From the human T2T-CHM13v2.0 reference genome, Homo sapiens, in NCBI RefSeq assembly GCF_009914755.1, contig NC_060936.1: DNA of 64,000 nt; one strand, given 5' to 3'. Of this stretch, positions 35,078 to 47,158 are shown one piece after another (within the stretch, counting starts at the first letter, position 1; each line of letters starts with the position of its first letter). Both the position numbers and the translations under genes were made by a program. The notes under the pieces were generated by a model, which worked only from the letters and a program-made list of their open reading frames with translations, searched no databases and was not told the DNA's origin.

Positions 35078-35661
35078 CCTTATTTTTTGAATTTTAAGAT
35101 GTTCAGTTTTTCACATTTCCACATCTCAAATTAGGGTGAGTCTTACAGTTGCTGTCTGCCAGGCACTGATGGCCCATAAGCATCAAAACTTAAAAGAATG
35201 AATGTCACCATCTGGGAAGAAAATCTCAAAGACAATAATGGAGTAATATTTTCAGAAATTCAGCTTCACCAATACTCTTGATGCCACAAACAATTATATC
35301 ATGTTGAAAATACCATATATTGGCAACTTTTCTTTGAAAATGCTGAAGAGGCTGGGCATAGTGTCTCACGCCTATAATCCCAGCACTTTGGTAAGCCGAG
35401 GTGAGCAGATCGCTTGAGCATAAGAGTTCAAGAACAGCCTGGGCAACATGGCCAAACCTCATCTCTAGAAAAATACAAAATTTAGCTGGGCGCAGGTGTT
35501 GTAGTATGCACCTGTAGTCCCAGCTACTCAGGAGGCTAAGGAGGAAGGATTGCTTGAGCCCAGGATAACAAGGCTGCAATGAGCTGTGATTGCAGTCTTA
35601 CATCCCCAACATAATGATGCATCTCACCATTGATGTCACCTTAGATTCAATGAGACATGGT
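35078..35661. mobile_element. Kanga/MER104-like Tc2 DNA transposon remnant
   Basis: Degenerate TIRs (ccttattttttgaattttaagatg ... caccttagattcaatgagacatgg) with TA flank. Confidence 0.55.
35350..35595 (+). mobile_element. Alu (AluJ), 3'-deleted with no poly(A)
   Basis: Left arm plus most of the right arm; ends at gagctgtgattgc. Confidence 0.88.
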
Positions 35662-38209
35662 ATATTCCTATGTAAAGTCCCTAAAGTTTAGATTCTAGGA
35701 AGATAATCAAAAGAAACAAACAAGAAAAATACCCAGTAATGAGCAATAAGGGCTATGTAGAGAATTAAAATCAGGGGATGTGAAAGAGAGTGACTGGGTG
35801 GCTACTTGCATTGTCAAGGTTCTCATCTTCTGGAAAAGGTGACTTTAAACTGAAGAAGTCATAATACCAGATGAGTGGAAGAGCCAGAACTACAAGAGTC
35901 TCCTGAATACCAGAATTCTTGCCAAGAAAACTTGGCGCCTGAGAGTACAATCATTGTGCCAAAGCCTATTTACAGTTTCTTATCTCACTCGTGGTATAAT
36001 TCCCATTCCAAAATGAATGTGGGCTTTGAAGGAAACTACTCTTTCATCTGGTCATCTGAAGTGGAAATGTAACTGTCGTACATGGGTAGTATTTTAGGCA
36101 ACAAAACACATCCAACTTCTGATCTGATAAATGACACAGGGAGAATGAATCAAAAATTCTTGTGAAATGCAAACAAAAAAACCCATAAATGCTTAATGTC
36201 AACTTTCTTACTCTTCAAAACTTTTGCCAAAGTTTTAGATGATTAGACAAAGCCAACACTGGAATTGAAGAATGTATCAACTTGGGGTTGGGCCAAGGGA
36301 TAATTGACTCATTGGAATTCTTTTTCTGGTTGATTGCTGTTTAAATAGCAGGTATTTAAAACTAGAAAGTTTATGAAGGGATTAGTTAAAAGATTCTTGG
36401 CCAGTGACCCTAGTTTCAAAATATCAGGTTGTAATTCTAAAAAAGAAGCCTCCAGAAGGAATAATATTTAAAAGAGAAATGATATAATTTTAAAAGATTC
36501 TAAAACATTGGGAGCAAAGGATAATAAAATATCAAAACACCCTCCCCAACACATACACAGAAACAATGTAATGCAAACTCAAATAGGATGATCTTAAAAT
36601 GGTAACAGCCCATTAGAGACAAACATTAAGAGAATTAACTGGTTTTTAGCTTAAACAGCTTTATGCTTAAAGTCTACCTTGAACCCTAAATAATAGCATT
36701 TCGATTTTTTAAAAAAAGAAAACTTTTATTTACATTATCACATGTTATAAATATTTACTGCACTCTTGTTACATACCAATCTCTGTGCTGGTAGTGGTCG
36801 AATTCTTCTTAATACACCAAGATCAACTGAGGCAATATGTAAAACCAACGGTGAACAGGTTATTAACTGTTGAATAACTAAAATCTGAAGGTAAAGTGGT
36901 GCCTGTGTCCATTGCAGTGTGTCTCTAATCAAGGAAAATGGTCTGTACTTGGAACCCATTAAGTGGAGATCCTTTATTTGTGCCTCTGGAACATGGTAAG
37001 AATAAATATGAAAGGCTTTTCTGAAAAATGCCCAAGGGGACAAACAGCAATCAATCTACTGAGCCCAGTCTCTCCTAATCTTCTTCCACTCATACAAATT
37101 GAGGTTTCAGCTGTTATTTCTCTCTCATTCTAACCACTTCAGTAAATGAGGTATTTGTGCCAATGTGTGGAGTAAAACCTCACAGACCACTAAGTATTTC
37201 TGATTCTATGCTGGAAGTAATAATGACTGAGTACTTTATTTCAAAGTGGAGAATTAGACACTGACCAATTTAAATTCTGAGGAAGTCCATCCAACATAAC
37301 TGAGTATGAAGAGGTAAAAGTAGAAATATTTTTTTCCTCAATTTCAGACAGTGATAAGGAGATAGGAATGACATCTGTAAATAGACCAGTTCCTCTAAAT
37401 AAGCCTAGAAAATGATCACCTAAGGCAGACAAGAATAACTAAATGAGGCTACTCTACTGTTAAAACATATGTGTGTGTGTGCTTATTTCTCATAGAATAT
37501 GGAATAGTTACCTGCAGCCTTATACCAAAAAGAATTTATCCTGTTCCCTCAACCTGATTTCTAGCAGTTTCTTTGAAAATCTTATCCATGAGAATAAAAT
37601 ATTGCTTGTGACTGACTGCAATACAAAAGGAGGAGAAAAACTTTTCTAATCATTATAGACGCGGGGTCATTACTCATTCTGAACTTCACATGTCATCTTC
37701 TCTAGGGACTTCATCAATTCCCTTGAACAATCTCAAATAATTTCCTGTCAAGAAAACGTCACTACTGGAAATATCAAGTTTTCCAATTAACCATTTATAC
37801 TTGAATCTATTTCAAAAGCCATCACAATAAAAGCACTGTATTGATACTGCAGGCAAGTCTTCAGATATACCATATCTTTTTTTACTGTGACAGTTCACTT
37901 TTTTTGTATACTTTTTTGAATTTATATAATTAAATTCCCCAGATAAGAGTTGATGAAACATAATAAAATGATTCCAGTGTTTAGCAAGGAGAAATATATA
38001 GACAACCTTATCAAATATTCTGAATCATTTGACAAACACATTATCAAATTCAAGAAGTGGATGTATATTTAAATTAGGATTGTGGAAATGTTTCTTAATT
38101 GATAGTAGTTATTTTGTATTTACTTAATATTAAGGGTTTGTCTATTTGGGGGGAAGACAGAGACAGTCTAAGTTGTTAGAGAGACAAAACTTGTTAGACA
38201 AAATATTAA

Positions 38210-38500
38210 AAATAAATGGGAAGATGTGGGTCAAAAGGAACAAAATTGTAGTTATATAGGATGAATAAGGCTAGAGAACTAATATACATGAGAACTATAG
38301 TTAGTAATAATGTATTGTATACCAGTGATTTGCCAAAAGAGTAGAGTTTAGATATGTTTACTACAGGAAGAAAAAAGATAATTATATGAGATGACAGATA
38401 TGTTAGTTTGCTTCACTGTAGTTATCATTTCACCATGTATGTATATATCAAGATATGTATATAGAAGTATCATGTTGTACACCTTAAAAATGTATAATTT
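38210..38500 (+). mobile_element. L1MA-type 3'UTR fragment
   Basis: ggatgaataaggctagaga..tgtattgtata..ttgccaaaagagtaga..catgttgtacacctt. Confidence 0.7.
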
Positions 38501-38509
38501 TATATACAA

Positions 38510-39007
38510 GATAAACTGAATAATGACCCCCCCAGAGATATCTATGTTCTAATCTCCAGAACTTGTGAATTTTACATTTATATGGCAAAGGATTTTGCAG
38601 ATGTGATGAAATTAAGAGATGGAGGGATTACCCTAGATTATCTGGATGGACCCTAAATGTAATAACAAGTATCCATATGAGAGGGAAGAAGAAGGAGATT
38701 TGATTACAGTAAAGACGGGCAATGTGATTACACATCTGAGGCAAGATGCTAAGCTTCTGGTTTTGAAGATGGAGGGAGGGACAGCGAGCCAAGGCATGCA
38801 AGGAATGATGCTCTAGAAACTGGAAAGGAAATAGATTCACACCCCCTAGAGCATCTGGAAAGACCACAGACCTGCTGACACCCAATCCTGGTCCAGTGAA
38901 ACTGCTTTCAGTTTTCTGGCATCCAGAATATAAAAGCATAAATGTGCTTTGATTAAAAGAACCAAATTTGTGGTCATTTGTTACAGCAACCACAGGAACC
39001 TAATACA
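38510..39007 (+). mobile_element. MLT1C/D-type MaLR LTR
   Basis: ctgaataatg..ttgcagatgtgat..ccctaaatgtaat..ttgttacagcaaccacaggaacctaataca. Confidence 0.82.
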
Positions 39008-39963
39008 ATATATTTAAAATGTGAAGTAATCACTGAAAGAATAGATAAAGAACACATGACATATTTTCATGGAACACTTATGCCCCCACTCATGTTTCTA
39101 GGTGGGATTTTTATTAAAGTAGTACTTCTGGGCTCTCAGGCCACCCCTTCTCCCTCTTCCCTGATGGAGACAAAATGGCTTCTCTACATGGTGGTTTGGG
39201 AGAAGCAGCTGAATATTTAGCCCAGACTCTTCTGATCTCCTTTCTCTTCTTGGCATCTGCTTGCCAGCAGAGAATGTAGATTCTGCTCTGCTCTGCTCTG
39301 CTCCTCCCTAAGGAGTCCTGCAATTTCTCACCACTGCTAGTGACTAGGTAAGTCTGCCAAACTCAGGGATAATAGACTTAAAGTCAGATTCTCCAAGTCT
39401 TTGTTAATAATAAAGGTGGCATTTGACATTTTTATCTGCCTTACCCTCTTATTCATCTCTCAGTTGCTTCAGAGCACGCAGGTGGAAAAGCATGATATTA
39501 CATATTCGTTTCTTGAAACCTCAATTTTCAAATGATGAAAGAGAAAAACAAAAGTAGAACTTAGTTCAACAGAAAACAGAAAAAGAAAAAAAAGACAAAA
39601 AGAAATGGTGGACAAAATATAAGAGGCACAACCAGAACAAAACACCATAGAGAATGTAAATATAATTAGTTGGAGAAAAAGTGTACCAGGCAAAAAATTA
39701 TTCCAAAGGAAACTGGTATGTTAATGCTTATAATAGAACTGCTCAAAATAAAAATGTGATTTTTTAAATGCATTAATGGGAACACATTTAACATTAGTGA
39801 AATACATACTTACATTGCTAAAGGATATAAACAACAAAGATGATATCAAAATTATAAAGTTACATGCATCTAAAGTTGTGGTCTCAAAATATAGAAAGTA
39901 AACATGCCAGAATTATAAAGACAAATTGACAACTGCATAACTACAGTGGAAAATCTTTATGCT

Positions 39964-40980
39964 ATACATCAGTTAGCTATTGCTTCATTAAAAAAATCAC
40001 CCCCAAACTCACTGCCTGAAGATAATTATCATTTATTCTTATTCATAGCATCTAATCATCAGTTAACTAATTCAAATATAAGATAGGCACAACTGGGATG
40101 TCTTACCTCTGCTCCACAAAGTTTCTTACCTTCTAGCAGACTAGACAAGGCTGACTGGCATGGCATAATAGAGGTTCCAGAGAGAAAGCAAAAGCACCCA
40201 CAATACCTCTGTGATCCAGGCTCAGAGTGGGCACATCATCACTTCTATGTATTCTATTGTTTAATGCAAGGTAGAAGGCCAGCCCAAACTCAACACGTGG
40301 GGAAACTGATGCCACATCTTGATGGCAGGAGCTGCAATGTAGCATTGCTAAACACATGGTTTTATAGAGACATTTAATTGGGGCCACTGAAGAGAATCAG
40401 AATATGCCACCCCAAAATGTGCCACTTTGGTATAAGGAATATTTTGGGTTGGAGGCAAATGAGAACCAACAGATACAGATAGAACCCCTTTCAAGGCTTT
40501 TCTTATCTGACTAAAGCAGCAACTTTGAGAAATCAGGACTACCATATATCTCCACTCTTGAGGGAGTTTTGCAGTCATGAGAAGGTAGAAAGTCAACACC
40601 AAGATCAGTCTGAAACAAATCTCACTAAAATAACCTTTGTTTTCCATTACTTTCCCCATGTATTTCCAAATCACTTTCCCACAATTTACCTCTCCTAGCA
40701 TAAATTTCCCTTTCCTCTCTCTTGTCACATTTCCACAATTTATCATTCTTTGTTAAAAAAAGTATATAAGCCCTCAGGCCTATCACTTCTTTGGTGTCTT
40801 TAATTTTCTATAATGGCCTGTATATGCATATGCAATAACAAACTTTTTCTGCTGTTAACGTATTTAACAGCAGAAAATTATACTGGTTTGCCAGTCTAAT
40901 TTGTAGGGCCCCAGCCACTGAACACAAAGAAAAAAGTTTTTTCCCCTTCCCTACACCATCAATAAAATTAATATACCACA
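39964..40980 (-). mobile_element. MLT1-type LTR interrupted by a MER34-like LTR, within an old L1M
   Basis: cagttagctattgct..cccccaaactc start; ..ggggcca|tcaat..taccaca end; L1 EN-like flanks at 39700-39960 and 40981-41409. Confidence 0.6.
40388..40955 (+). mobile_element. MER34-like ERV1 solo LTR
   Basis: TGAAGAGAATCAGAATATGCCACCCCAAAATGTGCCACTTTGG start, TATA-like agtatataag, ...ccctaCA end; 4-bp TSD cca(c/t). Confidence 0.8.
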
Positions 40981-41409
40981 TTCACATTTCTCAGAAATTG
41001 ATAGAGCATATTGACAAAAATATTGATAAAAATATAGAAAATTTAATTATAGTTAATAAGTTTGATTTTATAGATACATGATGATAGACGATAGATGATA
41101 AAGATATATAACTTTGCATGTAACAAATAAACAATGCATTTTCTTTTCAAGCACACATGAAATTACAAATTAAAAAGGCAAACAACCAGGAAATTTTCAG
41201 CAATTTTCAAAAAAAATTATTTAGATAACAATATCTATCATTATGCAAATTAATTAGAAAAACAACTAAGTGGAAAAAATAAACTATACATTTGGAGACT
41301 GGAAATACACATCTAAATAATTCATAGGTTAATCAAGAAATCATCATGATAATTATAAGTATTCAGAGTTAAAAAAATAAAAGCACTGCATAAAACTTTT
41401 GGAATGCTA

Positions 41410-43238
41410 TTCCTATACACCAACAACAGCCAAGCAGAGAACTAAATCACGAATGAATTCTTATAAACAACTGTCACAAAAAAATAATAAAATACCTAAG
41501 AATACAGCTAACTAGGGAGGTGAAAGATCTCTACAAGGAGAACTACAAAACACTGCTCAAAGAAATCAGAGAGGACACAAACAAATGGAAAAACATTCCA
41601 TGCTCATGGATAGGAAGAATCAATATTATTAAAACGGCCATACTGCCCAACGCAATTTATAGATTCAATGCTATTTCCATTAAACTACCATTGACATTGA
41701 CATTCTTCATAGAAATAGAAAAAAATATTTTAAAATTCATATGGAACCAAAAAAGAGCCCCAGTAGCCAAGTCAATCCTAAGCAAAAAGAACAAAGCTGG
41801 AAGTATCATGCCACATGACTTCAAACTACACTACAGGGCTGCAGTAACAAAAACAGCATAGTACTGGTACAAGAACAGACACATAGACCAATGGAACAGA
41901 ATGGAGAACCTAGAAATAAAACTGCACACTACAACTATCTGATCTTTGGCAAGCCTGACAAAAACAAGCAATGAGGAAAGGACTTCCTATTCAATAAGTG
42001 GTGCTGGGATAACTGGCTAGCCACATGCAGGAGATTGAAACCGGACCCCTTTTACACCATATAAAAAATTAACCCAAGATGGAATAAAGACTTAAATGTA
42101 AAACCCAAAACTATAAAAACCCTGAAAGACAACGTAGGCAATATCACTCAGGACATAGGCATGGGCAAAGATGTCATGACAAAGATGCCAAAAGCAATTT
42201 CAACAAAAGCAAAAATTGACAAACAGGATCTAATTAAACTAAAGAGCTTCTGCACAGCAAAAGAAACTATCAACAGAGCCAAAAGACAACCTACAGAATG
42301 GGAGAAAAATTTTGCAAACTATGCACCCAACAAAGGTCTAATATCCAGCATCTATAAGAAACTTAAACAAATTTACAAGAAAAAAAAACTCCATTAAAAA
42401 GTCAGCAAAGGACATGAACAGACACTTTTCCAAAGAAGATATACATGCGGCCAACAATCATATGAAAAAAAGCTCAACATCACTGATCATTAGAGAAATG
42501 GAAATCAAAACCACAATGAGATACCATCTCACACCAGTCAGAATGGTTACTATTAAAAAGTCAAAAAATAACAGATGCTGACGAGGTTGTGGAGAAAAAG
42601 GAACAATTATACACTGTTGGTGGGAGTGTAAATTAGCTCAGCCATTGTGGAAGACAGTGTGGTGATTCCCCAATCACCTAAAGACAGAAATATCATTTGA
42701 CCCAGCAATCCCATTACTTTGTATATACCCAAAGGAATATAAATTATTCTGTTATAAAGACACATGCACACATATGTTTATTGCAGCACTATTCACAATA
42801 GGAAAGACATGAAATAAACTTAAATGCCCATCAATAATAGACTGAAAAAAGAAAATGTGGTACATATACACCATGGAATACAATGCAGCCATAAAAAAGA
42901 GCAAGATCATGTCCTTTGCAGGGACATGGATGGAACTGTAGGTCATTATCCTTAGCAAACTAACACATGAACAGAAAACCAAATACCGCATGTTCTCATT
43001 TATAAGTGGGACCTAAATGATGAGAACACATGGACACATAGAGGGGAACAACACACAGTGGGGCCTTTCAGAGGATGGAGAAGGGGAGGAGGGAGAGGAT
43101 CAGGAAAAACAATGAATGGGTACTAGGCTTAACACCTGGGTGATGAAATAATCTGTACAACAACACCCCATGACACAAGTTTACCTACGTAACAAACGTT
43201 CACTTATACCCCGAACTTAAAATAAAAGTTAAAAACAA
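41410..43238 (+). mobile_element. 5'-truncated L1PA11-13-like element
   Basis: ORF2 3' half (ORFs 41520-41861, 42161-42397) plus 3'UTR; perfect 18-bp TSD aaaacttttggaatgcta at 41392-41409 and 43239-43256. Confidence 0.92.
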
Positions 43239-43813
43239 AAAACTTTTGGAATGCTAGTAGGGAAATTGTAGGTGAATTTATAACTTCAAATATACTTATT
43301 AGAAACCGAGACTGACAATAAATACACTAAGCATTCATCCCATGAAGCTAGAATCAAAAACACTAATAAAATCTAAAGGAAGAAGAATGTAAAAAGTAAA
43401 TAATAAAGTTGATTGAAATCATTCAGAGAATATTCTACAAACACAAACTAATTCTGCTAGCTTATTTTAAGTACAAAGTACTGTAATATTATTTTAAGGT
43501 AGACTGTGATAAATTAAAAGTATATGTTGAAAAGCTTAGAACAACCATTAAAACTTGCTTAAGAAGAGACATAACTTATAAGCCAATAGTGGAGATAAAA
43601 TAAAATCAGAAAAAAAAATATGCAATTGATTTGAAAGCAGACAGAAAGAAAGGATAAAAAGAAACTAAGAACATATGGAACAAATAGCAAATAACTAGCA
43701 AGATGGTAGGTTTTAATATAATCCTATTAATAACTACATTAAAATAAATGGTTTAAATTACATTAAAATATAGGTTTAATATAATTCTATCAATAATTAC
43801 ACTAAAATAAATG

Positions 43814-43901
43814 TTTTTCTAATCTGACAATCTTTGTTTTAGGTTACTTAAAACCTTTGTTTTAGGTTATTTATAAAACAAAGATTGTCAGATTAGAAAA
43901 A
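43814..43901. repeat. Perfect 28-bp inverted repeat with 32-nt spacer
   Basis: tttttctaatctgacaatctttgtttta (43814-43841) is the exact reverse complement of 43874-43901. Confidence 0.95.
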
Positions 43902-44198
43902 ACAAAAGAAACCAACCATATGCAGTCTATAAGAAAACCAAGTTTAAATATAAAAATATACATTGGCTAAAAAGAAGAAAGTTTTTTTTTAAAAAAAAGA
44001 TAAATTGTTTTTTCTACAAAAAAGCTAAAGTGGCTATACTAATTTCACACAAAGTAGACTTCTATAAAAGGAATATTAACAGGGATAAAGAGGGACACAG
44101 CATAATAATAGAAGGTTCAATTCACCAAGAAGATATCATAATTCTAAATGTATATGCATCTAACAACAGAGCTTCTAAATAAACGAAGCAAAAAATTA

Positions 44199-44596
<398 letters not shown>

Positions 44597-45140
44597 AAAA
44601 TTAGTAAGACTATGGAAGACTTAAACAACACTATCAACTAACTTAACCTAATTACCATTTATAGAAAATGCCACCCAACAAAAGGAGTATAAACATTTTT
44701 CTAAATGCATATGGAAAATCCAATAAGATAGGTTATATTCCAGGCCATAAAGTAAGTCTTAATAAATTTAAAAGAGTTGAAGTCATAAAAAGTATGTCCT
44801 CCGAACAAAAATGAAACTAAAAATCAACAACAGAAATATATCTGGAAAGTACCTAAATATTTGGAAATTAAACATCACCCTTTTAAATACCCATGTGTCA
44901 AAGTGAAAGTTACAAGGGAAAATATAAAATATTTTGAATTAATTAAAAAAGAAAACAGTATCAAAAAGTGTGGCTCTAGTAAAAGCAGTATATAAAGGGG
45001 AATGTATTACATTAAATGCTTACATTAGAGAAGAAGAAAAGCCTTAAATAAATGCTCTAGGCTTCCACTTTGAGAAACTTTAAAAAAGAGCAAATTAAAC
45101 TAAAGGCATTTAGAAAACGGAAATAATAAAGATAAGAGTA

Positions 45141-46639
45141 GGCATACTTTAGAAAACTTCATGGAAATGGGTAAATCCCTGAAAACACACAACCTCCTGA
45201 GATTTTACCATGAAGAAATGAAACTCCTAAACAGACCAATAATGAGTAGCAAAACTGAATCAGTAATAAAAGAAAAAAAACTCCCAACCAAATAAATCCC
45301 AGGACCAGAGGGATTCACAGCTTAATTCCACAAAACATACAAAGAAGAGCTAATACCAACCTTCCTGAAACTATTCCAAAAAATTGAGAAGGGAATTCTC
45401 CCTAATTCATTCAATGAGGCCAATATTACCCAGCCAACAAACATACGAAACTGCTCAACCTCACTAATGGTCAGAGAAATACAAATTAAAATCACAATGA
45501 GATATCATCTTACATCACTCAGAATGCTACTATTAAAAAGTCTAAAAACAACATATGTTGGTGAGGATGTGGAGAAAAAAAGAATGCTTGTACACTGTTG
45601 GTGGTAATGTAAATTAGTACAACCTTTATGGAAAGTAGTATGGAGATTTCTCAAAGAACTTAAAATAAAACTACCATTCAATCCAGCAATCCCACTACGG
45701 GGTATATATGCAAAGGGAAATAAATCATTATTCAAAAATACACCGCACTCATGTTTATCACAGCAGTTATTCACAATAGCAAAGAGATGGAATCAACCTT
45801 AGTGTCCATCAGTGGAGGATTGGATAAAGTAAATGTGATATATATAGATATGATATATAAAAATATATATAGATATATGATATATAAAAATATATATAGA
45901 TATATGATATATATAAATATATAGATATATGATATATATAAATATATATAGATATATGATATATATAAATATATATAGATATATGATATATATAAATATA
46001 TGATATATAGATATATATGATATATAGATATATATGATATATGTAGATATATATGATATATATAGATATATATGATATGTAGATATATATGATATATAGA
46101 TATATATGATATATAGATATATATAGATATATATGATATATAGATATATATAGATATATATGATATATAGATATATATAGATATATAGATATATATAGAT
46201 ATATAGATAGATATAGATAGATATAGATATATAGATAGATATAGATATATAGAGATATATAGATATATAGATATATAGAGATATATAGATATATAGATAT
46301 ATAGAGATATATAGAGATATATAGATATATAGATATATAGATATATATAGATATATAGATATAGATATATAGATATATATAGATATATAGAGATAGATAT
46401 ATAGATATATAGAGATATAGAGATATATAGATATATATAGAGATATATAGATATATATAGATATATATAGAGATATATAGATATATATAGAGATATATGA
46501 TATATATATCTTTTTTATTGCTGAGTAGTATTCCATGGTGTGTGTGTGTGTGTGTGTATCTCCAGGGTGTGTGAATATGTGTGTATATATATGTAAATAT
46601 ATATATATATACATATGTACACATATATATATCTCCATG

Positions 46640-46696
<57 letters not shown>

Positions 46697-46735
46697 TATA
46701 TATACACACATACACACACCATGGAGATATATTTA

Positions 46736-46781
<46 letters not shown>

Positions 46782-47158
46782 TACACACACACCATGGGAT
46801 ACTACTCAGCAATAAAAAAGAATGAAATCATGTCTTTTGCAGCAACATGGATGGAACTGGAGGCCATTGTCCTAAGTGAAATAACTCAGAAACAGAAAGT
46901 CACATGCTGCATGCTCTCACTTATAAATGGGAGCTAGACAATGGGTACACATGGACATAGACAGTGGAATAATAGATATTGGGAACTACAAAATGTGGGA
47001 GGTAGGAAGAGGAGTGAGGGGTGAAAAATTACCTATTGGGTACAATGTTCACTGTTTGGTAATTGGTACACTAAAAGCCCAGACTTCACCATTATGCAAT
47101 GGATACATGTAAGAAGTCTGCACTTGTACCTCCTAAATATATTTTTAATTTTAAAAAA
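45141..47158 (+). mobile_element. L1PB4/L1MA1-like element with internal deletion, nested in older L1
   Basis: ORF2 piece 45141-45430 joined directly to the ORF2 3' end; 3'UTR ctaaaagcccagacttcacc...ctgcacttgtacc. Confidence 0.75.
45836..46790. repeat. Complex (GATATA/AGATAT)n-(TA)n-(CA/TG)n tandem repeat with embedded inverted duplications
   Basis: About 675 bp of AGATATAT-type units (45836-46509), then TG/TA/CA blocks with inverted L1 copies. Confidence 0.97.

Noticed and set aside
36640-37450. Unique-looking region with ORFs 36738-37043 and 37241-37432
   Set aside because: No recognisable protein similarity, splice structure or pseudogene hallmarks.
45799-46937. Long ORFs (337 aa, 302 aa and overlapping shorter ones) rich in I/Y/S
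   Set aside because: Translations of the TA/GATATA microsatellite, which lacks stop codons; not genes.
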